Both the position numbers and the translations under genes were made by a program. A stretch of DNA of 64,000 nt from Candidatus Omnitrophota bacterium. GTDB taxonomy: Bacteria; Omnitrophota; Gorgyraeia; 2-02-FULL-51-18; JAGOUK01. Where the stretch lies: positions 179-64,178 of the forward strand of contig JBLINS010000001.1 of the NCBI GenBank assembly GCA_047639455.1, given 5' to 3'. Below, in pieces: positions 18,838 to 30,459 of the stretch (positions are counted from its first letter, which is position 1; every line of letters starts with the position of its first letter). The notes below the pieces were generated by a model. The model made no database searches. It worked only from the letters and a program-made list of their open reading frames with translations, and was not told where the DNA came from.

Positions 18838-20103
18838 ATGTTAGATTATAGAAATACATTATGTATCATCATGGGTGGTGGGCGCGGCAAGCGTATGTTT
18901 CCATTAACCAGCTATCGTTCTAAGCCTGCGGTTCCTTTTGGCGGTCGCTATAGATTAATTGATGTGCCTATATCCAATTGTTTGAATTCAGGCTTGAACA
19001 AAATCCTCATATTGACTCAGTATAATTCAGAATCTCTTAATAAACACATCTTTCGCACGTACAAATTAGACACCTATCATGGCGGTTATGTCGAGATATT
19101 GGCTGCAGATCAGTCTTATGGCAAGAATGATTGGTTTCAAGGAACCGCTGATAGTGTTAGGCGTAGCATGCCACATGTGCATGATCCCAAAATAGAAGAA
19201 GTTGTTATTTTGTCAGGTGATCAATTGTATAATTTGGATTTAAGTGTTTTACAAAGCGCTCATCGAGAAACGAATGCTGATGTGACCATAGCCTGTCACC
19301 CTGAACCAGCTGAGCAAATTCATAATTTTGGCATTATGAGTATGGATGAAGATAAGACTATCAAAAGCTTTATAGAAAAACCAAAAGACCCAGCTTTAGT
19401 AGAGGGGCAAACGGTTTCGATTAACAATAAGCCCCATTATTTGGCTAGTATGGGAATTTATATATTTAAAAAGGAAGTCTTGAATAAGCTTTTGGAAGAC
19501 AACCCAGACTCAGATGATTTTGGCCATCAAATTATTCCAGCAGCCATTAAAACTTTAAACGTTAAAGCATATGTTTTTAATGGCTATTGGTCTGACATAG
19601 GAACAGTATCTTCTTATTTTAATGCTAATTTGATGCTGGTGGAACCTTTGCCAGAATTCGATTTATACAATGAGTCTTGGCAATATTATACTCGACCACG
19701 TTATTTACCTCCTGCCAAATTAAAGCATTGTCACATTGAAGATTCATTTGTCACCGAAGGTTGCATTATCGAAGAGGCATCGATAAAGCGGTCAGTTATT
19801 GGCGTGCGTAGTCGCATAGGCCAAAGGGCGGATATTCAGGAGTCCTTGATTAATGGCAATGACTATTTTGAATCTGAAGATAAACGCCGAGTTCACTCTA
19901 GCAGTAGTAGGCCCTCATTAGGCATTGGCAATGATTGTGTGATTAAAAAAGCAATTATTGATAAGAATGTATTTATTGGTAATAATGTATCCATTATCAA
20001 TGCTGATAATGTTGAAGAAGCGGATGGTGAATTCTATTCTATTCGAGATGGAATTGTCGTTATTCATAAAGGAGCAATTATCCCCGATGGCACAGTAATT
20101 TAG
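18838..20103 (+). CDS. glgC: glucose-1-phosphate adenylyltransferase
   Basis: GGGRGKRMFPLT...KPAVPFGGRYRLIDVPISNCLNSG is the classic GlgC N-terminus, followed by a left-handed beta-helix C-terminus. Confidence 0.85.
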   Translation: MLDYRNTLCIIMGGGRGKRMFPLTSYRSKPAVPFGGRYRLIDVPISNCLNSGLNKILILTQYNSESLNKHIFRTYKLDTYHGGYVEILAADQSYGKNDWFQGTADSVRRSMPHVHDPKIEEVVILSGDQLYNLDLSVLQSAHRETNADVTIACHPEPAEQIHNFGIMSMDEDKTIKSFIEKPKDPALVEGQTVSINNKPHYLASMGIYIFKKEVLNKLLEDNPDSDDFGHQIIPAAIKTLNVKAYVFNGYWSDIGTVSSYFNANLMLVEPLPEFDLYNESWQYYTRPRYLPPAKLKHCHIEDSFVTEGCIIEEASIKRSVIGVRSRIGQRADIQESLINGNDYFESEDKRRVHSSSSRPSLGIGNDCVIKKAIIDKNVFIGNNVSIINADNVEEADGEFYSIRDGIVVIHKGAIIPDGTVI

Positions 20104-20114
20104 ATTTATCATAA

Positions 20115-20444
20115 ATGGAGAAAAAAATGAAAACAAAACTTATAACAATTTTATCAATATTAACCTTTGCTGCTTCTAGTGGGTATGCGGCTACAATGAA
20201 CTTTTCTTCAGACAATGAGTCTGCAGGTAATTACGTGTCGCGCAAAGATCGCGGTTTGGTTAAACAGGGGCCTTCAGTTTTTGAATCAGAATTTTTTAAA
20301 AAAGAAATGAAGCGTTCTGGCTTAGATCAGACCGGACGTCGGATTAAAGGCGCATTCAAAAATTTGCTATTGCCAGACATCGGCGGTTTTTTAAAGAGCA
20401 AAGAAGAAGATTATAAAGCTCGAAATCCCGGCAGCACTTCTTAA
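20115..20444 (+). CDS. small secreted hypothetical protein
   Basis: Signal peptide. 109 aa. Confidence 0.4.
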   Translation: MEKKMKTKLITILSILTFAASSGYAATMNFSSDNESAGNYVSRKDRGLVKQGPSVFESEFFKKEMKRSGLDQTGRRIKGAFKNLLLPDIGGFLKSKEEDYKARNPGSTS

Positions 20445-20680
20445 TGAATCCAGACCAAATAATTCAATGGGTTAAGGATAAATTGCCCGAATCAGAAGTC
20501 GTCGTCAACGATATGACAGGTGGCGGAGACCATTGGGAAATCAAAGTTGTTTCAGGTCAATTTGAAGGTAAAAAGTTATTAGAAAGACATCGCATCATGC
20601 ATGCTATTATGTCCGAACCGATGGCATCGGGTGCAGTGCATGCCGTCAAGTTTAAGACTTTGACACCGCAAGAATTGTGA
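20444..20680 (+). CDS. BolA-family protein
   Basis: 78 aa BolA/IbaG pattern (GGGDHWEIKVVS..F.G...L.RHR.). Confidence 0.7.
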   Translation: MNPDQIIQWVKDKLPESEVVVNDMTGGGDHWEIKVVSGQFEGKKLLERHRIMHAIMSEPMASGAVHAVKFKTLTPQEL

Positions 20681-21069
20681 TCAAGGTGTTAAGCCGTTTA
20701 AAGGAGCTATTCATGAGTTACAAAGGAGGATCAGACGAAGTGGAACAAGATCAAGCTGAGATTATAAAAGATATTGAAAAAGAAGTTAATGACCATAAAG
20801 TCTTAATTTATATTAAGGGCACTAAAGAACAGCCAATGTGCGGATTTTCTGCGGCAACTATTGGTTTGTTCAAAGCCATAGGTCACCCATTTGAAACAGT
20901 GGACATATTAAGCCATCCTAATAGGCGCCAGTTTGTTCCGCAGTATTCTAATTGGCCGACATTCCCTCAAATTTATATTAAGGGAGAGTTTATTGGTGGT
21001 TGTGACATCATGCATGAATTACAAGAGCAGGGTGAGTTAAAGAAAATAGTCGATGCGGCCTTTGAATAG
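20677..21069 (+). CDS. grxD: monothiol glutaredoxin (Grx4-type)
   Basis: CGFS active site (PMCGFSAA) and a KGEFIGGCDI tail. The bolA-grxD pairing is canonical. Confidence 0.85.
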   Translation: MIKVLSRLKELFMSYKGGSDEVEQDQAEIIKDIEKEVNDHKVLIYIKGTKEQPMCGFSAATIGLFKAIGHPFETVDILSHPNRRQFVPQYSNWPTFPQIYIKGEFIGGCDIMHELQEQGELKKIVDAAFE

Positions 21070-21103
21070 TAATCTAGACAATCATAAAACTAGGAATTAA
21101 AAT

Positions 21104-21460
21104 ATGCATATGAAAAATCTTAACATCTGCCAGTTTGGTTTAATTCTATTTGTGTGCGTCGGTTTTAGCATGTACGGTCAAAACGTTTTTGCTGGAATAG
21201 ATAAGCTACCTGAATCACATTCAGAGCTCAAGGCAATAACTAATGGCGAAACAGGCACCAATGTTCGTGGCGAAAGCACTCAGTTTAATGATTATTTGAA
21301 TGATGATCGGTATAAAGTTAAAGATGGCGATATTCGCATTATGAAGTTTGATGATCCCGATCAATCTGTTGTCTTGGGTGCAGAGGATGCACCTGCTGGA
21401 GTTTCTTATAAGATGGGTTTTGAAGAAACACCTTTAGAAAAGACAATCCTCCAAAGCTAA
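21104..21460 (+). CDS. secreted hypothetical protein
   Basis: Signal peptide. 118 aa. Confidence 0.4.
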   Translation: MHMKNLNICQFGLILFVCVGFSMYGQNVFAGIDKLPESHSELKAITNGETGTNVRGESTQFNDYLNDDRYKVKDGDIRIMKFDDPDQSVVLGAEDAPAGVSYKMGFEETPLEKTILQS

Positions 21461-21894
21461 TGCCCAAAGCATTTTGGCTGCTTAAAACAGAACCTAATGC
21501 TTATCATTACGATGATCTTATGCGTGATGGATCAACGCATTGGGATGGCGTCAGGAACTATCAAGCTCGTAATAATATAAAAATCATGAGCCCTGGTGAT
21601 ATAGCTTTTATTTATCATAGTGTTGGACCTAAAGAGGTTGTGGGCATTGCGCAAGTGACCAGCAAGCATTATCCCGATCCGACTGATAAAGAAGACAAAG
21701 GTTGGGTTGTTGTTGATATTAAGCCCCGCAAAAAACTTACCACACCTATTCATTTAGAAGTTTTTAAAAACGATAAAGTATTGTCTCAAACACCCCTAGT
21801 TAAACAATCACGTCTTTCAGTTGTTCCGCTTACGTTAGTGCAAGCTAAACGTTTACTTTCTATATGCGGGCAAGAATCATTCGCCTCTAAATAA
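21460..21894 (+). CDS. EVE (PUA-like) domain protein
   Basis: WLLKTEPNAYHYDDL...W.GVRNYQARN is typical of EVE/DUF55. Confidence 0.75.
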   Translation: MPKAFWLLKTEPNAYHYDDLMRDGSTHWDGVRNYQARNNIKIMSPGDIAFIYHSVGPKEVVGIAQVTSKHYPDPTDKEDKGWVVVDIKPRKKLTTPIHLEVFKNDKVLSQTPLVKQSRLSVVPLTLVQAKRLLSICGQESFASK

Positions 21895-21906
21895 ACATAT
21901 ATAAAT

Positions 21907-22719
21907 ATGCCCAAAACCAAAAGTATATTTGCGAATCAATTAGCTTTGATCACAGGACCGACAGAAGGTATTGGTCTTGATTTGGCGCATCTTTTCGCCA
22001 AAGAAAAGTGTGATTTGGTTTTGGTGTCGCGCGACCTCGGCAAACTCCAAAAATTACAAAGCGAATTACAAAAACAATACAATATAAAAGCCACGGTTTT
22101 TTCTTATGATTTGTCATTACTCGAGTCAGCAAATCAATTAATTGCTGATTTGGAACGCCAAAGTCTTCAAATCGATATACTCATTAATAATGCTGGGTTT
22201 GGCGTCTATGGCGCTTTTGGCGACTCACCCTTAGAGCCTCAATTGGGTATGCTCGAATTGCATATTAATAGCCCCATGAAATTGGCTTATGCTTTTTTAC
22301 CGGGAATGCGTAAGAGAAAAAGGGGTGGCGTATTAAATGTGGGTTCTACAGCAGGTTTTCAACCCGTGCCATTACAAAGTGTTTATGGCGCCAGCAAAGC
22401 TTTCACCTTGCAATTCACTGAAGGTTTGGCTGAAGAGCTGCATGATTCAGGTGTGCGCGTGACTTGCCTTTGCCCAGGACCAACTGACACACCTTTTTTT
22501 AGTAAAGAGCATATGCGCAAGCGCGGGCCAGCCACAAGAATACGCATGCCATCAAAGGAAGTTGCTGAATACGGCCTAGCGGCTTTTAAGGCCTATCAAG
22601 TCGTTGCGATTCCCGGATGGACTAATAGAGCCATAACCATAGGCGTCCGCCTAGCTCCCAGATCCGCCGTCCGCAAGGCTGCCCGCAAAGTAGTCGAAAG
22701 CCTCCCCAAAGTACAGTAG
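21907..22719 (+). CDS. SDR-family oxidoreductase
   Basis: TGPTEGIG Rossmann motif, NNAG, and YxxxK (YGASK). Confidence 0.8.
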   Translation: MPKTKSIFANQLALITGPTEGIGLDLAHLFAKEKCDLVLVSRDLGKLQKLQSELQKQYNIKATVFSYDLSLLESANQLIADLERQSLQIDILINNAGFGVYGAFGDSPLEPQLGMLELHINSPMKLAYAFLPGMRKRKRGGVLNVGSTAGFQPVPLQSVYGASKAFTLQFTEGLAEELHDSGVRVTCLCPGPTDTPFFSKEHMRKRGPATRIRMPSKEVAEYGLAAFKAYQVVAIPGWTNRAITIGVRLAPRSAVRKAARKVVESLPKVQ

Positions 22720-22822
22720 TCCTAGATTGTCACAGGACTTGCTCCGCGCCCTTCGCAACGACGTGATTTGTTCGGTAACCAGCACCCCATAATTTGCAGA
22801 ATTTTGTTAGACTCTTTATCTA

Positions 22823-24214
22823 ATGAAACAAACTAATCATACTCTTTGCTGTGAGATTGTTACGCACGACAAAAAACGTCGTGCTCACAATGACATGATT
22901 GTATTAGCCGCAATTTTCTATTTCCTAATTAATTTGATTCATCCGCTGCAAATAATTTTTGCTGATGAAAGCAACCCTATCAATTTTGAGTCTATGATTT
23001 CATTGGAACATGCATCTGTCGTTGAGACTTATAAAGGCTATTCTGATTATTATATTTTTCATATACAGGATGCGCATGCCCATTATGGAGCTCAAAAGAA
23101 TTTAGCCAAAATTCTGGATGACATGATTCGACAATTTGGAATTAAATGGGTTTTTATCGAGGGTGGAGTTGGTAACGACTCATTATCTTTTTTAAGAACA
23201 CTAGCCACTAAGGAGATACGAACCAAAGTAGCAGATCGATATTTGGAGTCTGGCAATATATCGGGTGCTGAGTATTTAGACATAGTGTCAGACTTGGATA
23301 TTAAGTTATGGGGTATGGAGGATCAGGATTTGTATAAGGAGTCCAGACTCCTTTATAGGCAGGTCTTAGAGAGCCGCTCTACAATTCTCACGTATTTAGA
23401 CGATATGGCCAATTTGGTTGACGAATTTAAAGACGCTCACAAAAACTCAGCACTTAAAGAATTAGAAATTCAAATAGACGCCTTGAATGCCAATGATGGT
23501 GGCTTTGAATCTTATTTAAATCTATTGATCAAAACGCATCCCCAAAAAGAATTATTACTAGAAGATTATGACATGGCGGATCGGTTTGATCGTAGCCAAC
23601 GTTTGCAGAAAGAAATTCTAAATGAGTCGTCAATACTTAAGCGCAATGAATTGCAATTAATGTATAGCAAAATATCACAAGGCTTAGACATCGGCACATT
23701 ATGGTCAGAAGCAAACCTTTTGGAATCTGATTTGATCCATGAAATGGCAAAGAATGAAGATTTGGAAAAGCTCACGATTCTCTCGAGGCGCATTCGTTTG
23801 CTTAGAGAATATTTTTTAATACAAGTAAGGCCATATGAATTGGATTTTTATCAAAATAACCCTTCTGAATTTAGGGCTGAGGAATGGGTGGTTTTTTTGA
23901 ACCGCTTAATCAAAGACCGCAAGATGAATAGAGATTTCATTTATTATAGGCCATCCATCGAGCTCGCCCAAAAACGCATCAATAGTTTTTATGCCAATAC
24001 TGAGAAACGTGACATAGCTTTTATTAAAAACAGCTTAAAAAAAATGGATGAGGTTAATGAGTCCAAGGCCGTCATTATTAGTGGCGGGTACCATACGCCA
24101 CATTTAACTAAGCGCTTACGGGAGAAAGGCGTCTCATATGTTGTTATGGCACCACATATTGAGGGTCCTTGGAGTAAGTCTAAGTATGACGATTTGCTAC
24201 TGAGCGCCCTCTAG
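22823..24214 (+). CDS. membrane-anchored TraB/GumN (Tiki-like) family protein with a long helical insert
   Basis: N-terminal TM. YIFHIQDAHAHYG near the N-terminus and VIISGGYHTPHL near the C-terminus resemble the split TraB/GumN signature motifs. Confidence 0.4.
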   Translation: MKQTNHTLCCEIVTHDKKRRAHNDMIVLAAIFYFLINLIHPLQIIFADESNPINFESMISLEHASVVETYKGYSDYYIFHIQDAHAHYGAQKNLAKILDDMIRQFGIKWVFIEGGVGNDSLSFLRTLATKEIRTKVADRYLESGNISGAEYLDIVSDLDIKLWGMEDQDLYKESRLLYRQVLESRSTILTYLDDMANLVDEFKDAHKNSALKELEIQIDALNANDGGFESYLNLLIKTHPQKELLLEDYDMADRFDRSQRLQKEILNESSILKRNELQLMYSKISQGLDIGTLWSEANLLESDLIHEMAKNEDLEKLTILSRRIRLLREYFLIQVRPYELDFYQNNPSEFRAEEWVVFLNRLIKDRKMNRDFIYYRPSIELAQKRINSFYANTEKRDIAFIKNSLKKMDEVNESKAVIISGGYHTPHLTKRLREKGVSYVVMAPHIEGPWSKSKYDDLLLSAL

Positions 24215-24346
24215 GTTCAATAAATTAAAGCACTTATGTATTCTGACTTTTTATATTCATTTACGAATTGGCTGTATTCTTAAATATTATTAGTGGCCGT
24301 GGGCAGTTTACGCTATACTGTGCGTTCTTTAAAAGGAGTAGATGTA

Positions 24347-25654
24347 GTGATAGAACGATATAGCCTCCCCCAAATGAGCGGTTTATGGACTGATGAGAGC
24401 CGATTTCAGCATATGTTAGATGTTGAAATTGCGGCGTGTGATGCTATGGCTGATGCCGGCCTCATTCCTAAAAAATCAGCAGTTAATATCCGTAAAAAAA
24501 GTGGGTTTAATATTGCTGAAATTAGAAGAATTGAAGCCAAAACCAAGCATGATGTCACCGCCTTTTTGCAAAGCGTCGGAAATCGTGTGGGTGATGATGC
24601 TAGATACATCCACAAAGGCTTAACTTCAAGCGACGTATTAGATACCGCATTATCCATTCAAATACTCAAAGCCTTAGACTTAATTATTGTTAGAACCAAA
24701 AAATTCCAAAGTGTGCTCAAAAAGCAGAGTTTGCGTTATAAAGACACAGTCACCATGGGGCGAACGCATGGAATTCATGCAGAGCCCACTACGTTTGGTT
24801 TGCGCATACTTCTATATTATGAAGATATGAAACGTGCATTAGATCGTTTAGAGCGAGCTAAAGCTGTTATGTCATATGGCAAGCTATCGGGCGCTGTAGG
24901 CACTCATGCTGCATTTTCTCCAGCAATGGAAAAACGCACCTTAAAAAAACTTAAGTTAAAAGCCGCTGCAGTGTCGACGCAAGTATTGCAAAGAGATCGT
25001 CATGCTGAAGTCATGAGCGCATTAGCTTTATTGGCTGCCTCACTCGAAAAAATTGCTATAGAAATTCGTCATTTACAAAGAACTGAAGTACGTGAAGTTG
25101 AAGAGAGTTTTTCTAAGGGGCAAACAGGCTCAAGCGCAATGCCACATAAAAAGAATCCGGTCAATTGTGAGCGCGTGAGTGGACTAGCGCGTATTGTACG
25201 AACGAATATGCTAGCTGCTTATGAGAACATTGCCTTGTGGCATGAGCGTGATATTAGTCATTCTTCTGTAGAGCGTGTGATTATCCCGGATAGCTTTGCT
25301 TTGACAGACTTTATGTTAGATGAAATGACACGCATAATTACGAATATGCGCGTGTATCCTAAGCGCATGCTTCGCACTATCGAAAATAATCGCGGTTTGA
25401 TTTTCTCGCAGAGGTTTTTACTAGCTTTGATTGATAAGGGGCTAGCTAGATTTGATGCTTATGCCATTGTGCAAGAATTGGCTATGCGTGTATGGAATGA
25501 GGAAGAGTATACTTTGCGCAGCTTAGCTGAATTAGATTCGCGGGTTAAGAAATTATTTAAGAAATCAGATTTGGACAAAATATTTGATTTGAATGCCTAC
25601 TTAAAGCATGTTGATGCCATATACGGCAAAGCTGGCATAAAGATTAAGAAGTAA
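24347..25654 (+). CDS. purB: adenylosuccinate lyase
   Basis: IERYSLPEM...class II lyase family with the PurB signature GSSAMPHKKNP. The GTG start at 24347 has an AAGGAG 9 nt upstream. The ORF-track start 24293 is less likely. Confidence 0.85.
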   Translation: MIERYSLPQMSGLWTDESRFQHMLDVEIAACDAMADAGLIPKKSAVNIRKKSGFNIAEIRRIEAKTKHDVTAFLQSVGNRVGDDARYIHKGLTSSDVLDTALSIQILKALDLIIVRTKKFQSVLKKQSLRYKDTVTMGRTHGIHAEPTTFGLRILLYYEDMKRALDRLERAKAVMSYGKLSGAVGTHAAFSPAMEKRTLKKLKLKAAAVSTQVLQRDRHAEVMSALALLAASLEKIAIEIRHLQRTEVREVEESFSKGQTGSSAMPHKKNPVNCERVSGLARIVRTNMLAAYENIALWHERDISHSSVERVIIPDSFALTDFMLDEMTRIITNMRVYPKRMLRTIENNRGLIFSQRFLLALIDKGLARFDAYAIVQELAMRVWNEEEYTLRSLAELDSRVKKLFKKSDLDKIFDLNAYLKHVDAIYGKAGIKIKK

Positions 25655-25699
25655 CGTAGTTATTTGCTTCAAAATATTTTTGATAATAACATGATAATC

Positions 25700-25845
25700 A
25701 TATCGTCATCATGAGTTGGAGCTAATAAATTATATGCTCCGACGTAATGATCTCACAGCCAAAAGCTCTTCTGGGAGACCCTCACGTCGCTACGCTCCTC
25801 AGGATGACATGAGTGCGCCTGAGAGATTCCCAGGATGACGTCAGT
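25700..25845. repeat. MITE/REP-like dispersed repeat, family A copy
   Basis: Near-duplicate of 11155-11290, with two CAGGATGAC ends. Confidence 0.75.
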
Positions 25846-25863
25846 TGGTTTAAGGAGAAATAA

Positions 25864-26112
25864 ATGTTAGCTAAAGTTTTTATCACATTAAAAAAATCAG
25901 TTCAGGACCCTCAAGGTTCAGCTGTCAAACATTCACTTGAATCAATGAACTTTGATGCTGTCGAAAGTGTGCGTATAGGCAAAATGATAGAAGTAACTTT
26001 GAAGGACAATATTGAACAGTCTGTTGCCGAAAGTCAATTGAAGGAAATGTGCGATAAGTTATTGGCTAATCCAGTCATTGAAGATTATCGCTATGAATTC
26101 ACAAAACCATGA
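25864..26112 (+). CDS. purS: phosphoribosylformylglycinamidine synthase subunit PurS
   Basis: 82 aa PurS fold. Directly precedes purQ/purL. Confidence 0.85.
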   Translation: MLAKVFITLKKSVQDPQGSAVKHSLESMNFDAVESVRIGKMIEVTLKDNIEQSVAESQLKEMCDKLLANPVIEDYRYEFTKP

Positions 26113-26810
26113 GCAAACCTAAAGTGGGCGTTGTTGTTTTTCCCGGTTCCAATTGTGATCAAGACTGCTTGCATGCGATTCAAGATGTTATTGGCTATGA
26201 AGCCATACCGATATGGCATAAAGAGTCCGATTTGGGTTCAATCGATGCCTTGGTTTTACCAGGTGGATTTAGCTATGGCGACTATTTGAGAGCGGGAGCC
26301 ATTGCTCGATTCTCGCCTGTGATGAAAGCAGTAGTTCAATTTGCTAATTCTGGTAAACCCGTCATTGGTATTTGTAATGGTTTTCAAGTATTGCTCGAAT
26401 CAGGATTGTTACCCGGCGCCATGCTCCGTAATAGCAGCCTGAACTTTGAATGTTCTTATGTAAACCTCAGAGTCGAATCCGTTGACAGCACTTTTACTCA
26501 AGGTTATACCCAAAATCAAATTTTGCGCATACCTGTTGCGCATGGCGAAGGTAGTTATGTGGCTGAGCCAGACACATTGAAGCAATTGAATGACAATCAA
26601 CAAGTTTTGGTACGTTATGTGAATGCGGATGGAGTGCCAACGCCTGAATCAAACCCTAATGGATCTTTAGAAAATATTGCTGGTATATGTAATCAAAAAC
26701 GTAATGTTTTTGGCCTCATGCCTCATCCAGAGAGAGCTTCAGAAGTTGAATTGGGTTCAGTAGATGGATATGCCATGTTACAAAGTCTTGTGCATGAGGT
26801 GGGGGTGTGA
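26109..26810 (+). CDS. purQ: FGAM synthase glutaminase subunit PurQ
   Basis: GATase1 with catalytic GICNGFQ and HPE. Confidence 0.9.
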   Translation: MSKPKVGVVVFPGSNCDQDCLHAIQDVIGYEAIPIWHKESDLGSIDALVLPGGFSYGDYLRAGAIARFSPVMKAVVQFANSGKPVIGICNGFQVLLESGLLPGAMLRNSSLNFECSYVNLRVESVDSTFTQGYTQNQILRIPVAHGEGSYVAEPDTLKQLNDNQQVLVRYVNADGVPTPESNPNGSLENIAGICNQKRNVFGLMPHPERASEVELGSVDGYAMLQSLVHEVGV

Positions 26811-29032
26811 CCGTGGCTGAATCTCCCAAAATCACTATGGACATGGTCATTGAATTAGGTTTGACAGAGGATGAATACACGCATATTCAAAAAGTTTTGG
26901 GTCGCGTGCCCACCTTTACTGAATTAGGTGTATTTAGCGTTATGTATTCTGAGCATTGCTCTTATAAAAATTCAAAAAATATTCTCAAACTTTTGCCAAA
27001 AACTGGCGAGCGTGTATTAATTGGCGCAGGTGAAGAGAATGCGGGCGTTATCGATATTGGTGATGATTGGTGTATATCATTCAAAATCGAATCGCATAAT
27101 CACCCTTCAGCCATTGAACCTTTTCAAGGTGCCGCTACCGGCGTTGGTGGCATACTGCGTGATATTTTCACTATGGGTGCGAGACCTGTGCTTTTGATGA
27201 ATAGTCTTCGTTTTGGGAGTTTGGAGAGCAATAAGACCAAACATTTACTCAAAGGTGTGGTGAGCGGCATAGGATTTTATGGTAATTGTATTGGTGTTCC
27301 CACAATTGGTGGTGAGGTTTATTTTGATGAGTCTTTTGAGGGTAATCCTTTGGTGAATGCGCTTGCTTTGGGTGTCTGTAAGAAAAAAGATATCGCGCGT
27401 GGTGAGGCTAAGGGCGTTGGTAATCCAGTTTATTATTTAGGCGGCACAACGGGTCGCGATGGTATAGGCGGTGCTAGTTTTGCCTCCAAAGAAATCACAG
27501 AAGCTTCGCATGAAGATAGGCCAGCCGTTCAAGTTGGTGATCCCTTTATGGAAAAGTTACTTATGGAAGCCGTATTAGAGCTATTGCAAACAGATGCTGT
27601 TGTCGGCATTCAAGACATGGGCGCTGCAGGCTTAACTTGTGGTACTTGCGAGACAGCCGCACGCGGTAATTCGGGTATAGAAATTGAGACTAATCTCGTA
27701 CCTCAGCGCGAAACGCATATGACTCCATACGAAATCTTACTTTCTGAATCACAAGAGCGTATGCTCGTGATTGTTAAGGCTGGTCGCGAATCAGAAGTAT
27801 TGAGCATATTTGATAAATGGGATTTGCATGCGGTCAAAATCGGCCAAGTCACTGATACTGGTGACATGGTTGTCAAACAAAATGGCGAAATTGTCGTCCA
27901 AATTCCTGCTAAAGAATTAGCTGATGAAGGGCCCGTCTATATTCGCGAAGAATCCAAACCTGCTTATATGGACGCATTAAAAGTTATTGATTTAAAAAAT
28001 TATGGCCCTACAGGTGACTTGAATGCCGCTTTATTAAAAATTCTGGATCATCCGTCTATTGGTTCTAAGGAATGGGTATGGAAACAATATGATCATATGG
28101 TGGGTACTGCCAATATTCTTTTACCTGGATCTGATAGCGCTGTCATTCGTTTAAAAGGCACTAAGAAAAAAATAGCCATGACGACTGATTGTAATAGCGG
28201 CTATTGTTATCTCGACCCTTATGAAGGCGGCAAAATTGCTGTTGCTGAAGCCGCTCGAAATATTGTTTGTAGCGGTGCGTCGCCCTTAGCTGTAACCGAT
28301 GGGCTTAACTTTGGTAACCCAATGAAGCCTGAAGTATTTTGGACATTTCGAAAATGCATTGAAGGCATACGCGACGCTTGTTTGGCTTTTGATACGCCTG
28401 TGACCGGAGGCAATGTTTCCTTTTACAATGAGAGTCCTGAGGGTGCTGTTGATCCCACACCTATTATTGGTATGGCTGGCCTAATTGAAGATCGTAATCC
28501 TATACCTGCGGCATTCCAAAATGATGGTGATCAAATATATTTAATTGGTAAGAGTATGGAAGAATTGGGCGGTAGTATTTTTCTAAAAGTATTACATGCT
28601 AAAAAAGAAGGTATTCCGCCAATCTTAGAATTGGAAGATGCTAAAAAATTCAACCAAACAGTTTTGGCCGCGGCGGATTTGAATTTACTCACCTCAGCGC
28701 ACGACTTGTCTGAGGGCGGATTAGCTGTTGCTTTGGCTGAATGTTGTATTGTGAATCAGGATAAGAATTTGGGTGCTCGGGTTACGGTGCAAGCCGACGG
28801 CATATCAACCGAAGCTTTATTATTTGGCGAAAGTCAATCCAGAGCAATTTTGACAACGCATACGCTAAATGCAGAAAAGTTAGAAAATTTATTGAATCAA
28901 AGTGGTTTTGTATGGCAAAAAATCGGCCAAGTTGGCGGTCAAGTCATGTCTATTAATGACAAAATTGAAATCCCCTTGACTGTTATGAAAGAAGCTTTTT
29001 TCAGAGCATTACCAAGGCGATTAGAAGTTTAA
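26807..29032 (+). CDS. purL: FGAM synthase subunit PurL (small form)
   Basis: 741 aa. AIR-synthase-related duplicated domains; ESHNHPS motif. Confidence 0.9.
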   Translation: MTVAESPKITMDMVIELGLTEDEYTHIQKVLGRVPTFTELGVFSVMYSEHCSYKNSKNILKLLPKTGERVLIGAGEENAGVIDIGDDWCISFKIESHNHPSAIEPFQGAATGVGGILRDIFTMGARPVLLMNSLRFGSLESNKTKHLLKGVVSGIGFYGNCIGVPTIGGEVYFDESFEGNPLVNALALGVCKKKDIARGEAKGVGNPVYYLGGTTGRDGIGGASFASKEITEASHEDRPAVQVGDPFMEKLLMEAVLELLQTDAVVGIQDMGAAGLTCGTCETAARGNSGIEIETNLVPQRETHMTPYEILLSESQERMLVIVKAGRESEVLSIFDKWDLHAVKIGQVTDTGDMVVKQNGEIVVQIPAKELADEGPVYIREESKPAYMDALKVIDLKNYGPTGDLNAALLKILDHPSIGSKEWVWKQYDHMVGTANILLPGSDSAVIRLKGTKKKIAMTTDCNSGYCYLDPYEGGKIAVAEAARNIVCSGASPLAVTDGLNFGNPMKPEVFWTFRKCIEGIRDACLAFDTPVTGGNVSFYNESPEGAVDPTPIIGMAGLIEDRNPIPAAFQNDGDQIYLIGKSMEELGGSIFLKVLHAKKEGIPPILELEDAKKFNQTVLAAADLNLLTSAHDLSEGGLAVALAECCIVNQDKNLGARVTVQADGISTEALLFGESQSRAILTTHTLNAEKLENLLNQSGFVWQKIGQVGGQVMSINDKIEIPLTVMKEAFFRALPRRLEV

Positions 29033-29045
29033 GGGATGTGTATCA

Positions 29046-30446
29046 ATGGCTGATGAAGTAAAAGATCATTGTGGTGTATTTGCAATTCATGGAGATGACG
29101 AAGCGGCGTATACGGCTTATTTGGGTTTGTATGCCTTGCAGCATCGAGGTGAGGAATCTTGCGGGATAGTCACATCTAACGGTAAAAAATTTATATCCCA
29201 TAAAGGTATGGGCCATGTTCAAGATGTATTTGTTCCTAAGGTGCTTAAGGGATTTAGTGGTCATTCAGCTATTGGTCATGTTAGGTATTCAACAACGGGT
29301 TCAAGTAATATTAAAAACGCACAACCTTTGCATGTAGATTATTCCAAAGGTGAAGTCGCTATAGCCCATAATGGGAATTTGACCAATGCTGATCTATTAA
29401 GATCTACATTAGAGGCTTATGGCGCTATATTCCAAACGACAACGGATAGTGAAATTATCATTCATTTAATGGCTAAGCCTGCGCTAAATTCTATTCGCGA
29501 AGGCATAGTGGATGCACTCAAACGCATTGAAGGTGCTTATAGCCTAGTTTTTTTAACACATGATTATATTGCTGCAGCGCGAGATCCACAGGGATTTAGG
29601 CCTTTATGGATTGGTAAGACACCTGCTGGTGCTTGGGTGTTTGCCTCAGAGACATGTGCATTGGATTTGATTGATGCAGAACTTATTCGAGAAGTTGAGC
29701 CGGGCGAATTAGTTATTGCTAATAAAGATGGGCTTATTTCTGAAAAGATTAATACAGGTAAACAACACGCGCATTGCATTTTTGAACACGTGTATTTTTC
29801 ACGTCCAGATTCGGTGATTTTTGATGAGAGCGTTCATGCGGTTCGAAAAAAATTCGGTCAGCAATTAGCTAGAGAACACGCAGTCGATGCCGACGTTGTT
29901 ATCGCTGTACCTGATTCAGGCAATTCCGCCGCATTGGGTTATTCTCAAGAATCTGGCATTCCATTAGAGATTGGCATTATACGCAATCACTATGTAGGTA
30001 GAACTTTTATTCAACCTGAGCAACAACAACGTAATTTTAAGGTCAAAATAAAGTTTAATTTACTAAAGGATGTTTTGAAGGGTAAGCGCGTGGTTGTTGT
30101 AGATGACTCCATTGTCCGAGGCACGACGTCTAAATTAAGAATTAAGACTTTGCGAGAAGCAGGTGCTAAAGAAGTGCATTTGCGCATTAGCTGTCCGCCG
30201 CACAAATTTCCTTGTGCTTATGGAATTGATTTTCCGACGGCTAGCGAATTACTTGCCTCCACAAAAACGCTTGATGAAATTAGAGATTATTTGGAATGCG
30301 ATACATTGGGCTATTTGTCGCTCGACGGGATGTTGGACAGTGTTAAAAAAGATAAATCAGAGTACTGCACAGCTTGCTGGTCGGGCCAATACCCATTGGC
30401 ATTCGATGCTCCTAATAAATATTTTGCAGAAAATATAACGAATTAA
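29046..30446 (+). CDS. purF: amidophosphoribosyltransferase (propeptide/Fe-S type)
   Basis: The catalytic Cys comes after an 8-residue propeptide (MADEVKDH-CGVFAI). C-terminal Cys cluster as in B. subtilis-type PurF. Confidence 0.9.
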   Translation: MADEVKDHCGVFAIHGDDEAAYTAYLGLYALQHRGEESCGIVTSNGKKFISHKGMGHVQDVFVPKVLKGFSGHSAIGHVRYSTTGSSNIKNAQPLHVDYSKGEVAIAHNGNLTNADLLRSTLEAYGAIFQTTTDSEIIIHLMAKPALNSIREGIVDALKRIEGAYSLVFLTHDYIAAARDPQGFRPLWIGKTPAGAWVFASETCALDLIDAELIREVEPGELVIANKDGLISEKINTGKQHAHCIFEHVYFSRPDSVIFDESVHAVRKKFGQQLAREHAVDADVVIAVPDSGNSAALGYSQESGIPLEIGIIRNHYVGRTFIQPEQQQRNFKVKIKFNLLKDVLKGKRVVVVDDSIVRGTTSKLRIKTLREAGAKEVHLRISCPPHKFPCAYGIDFPTASELLASTKTLDEIRDYLECDTLGYLSLDGMLDSVKKDKSEYCTACWSGQYPLAFDAPNKYFAENITN

Positions 30447-30459
30447 TTCAAAGGTAATT

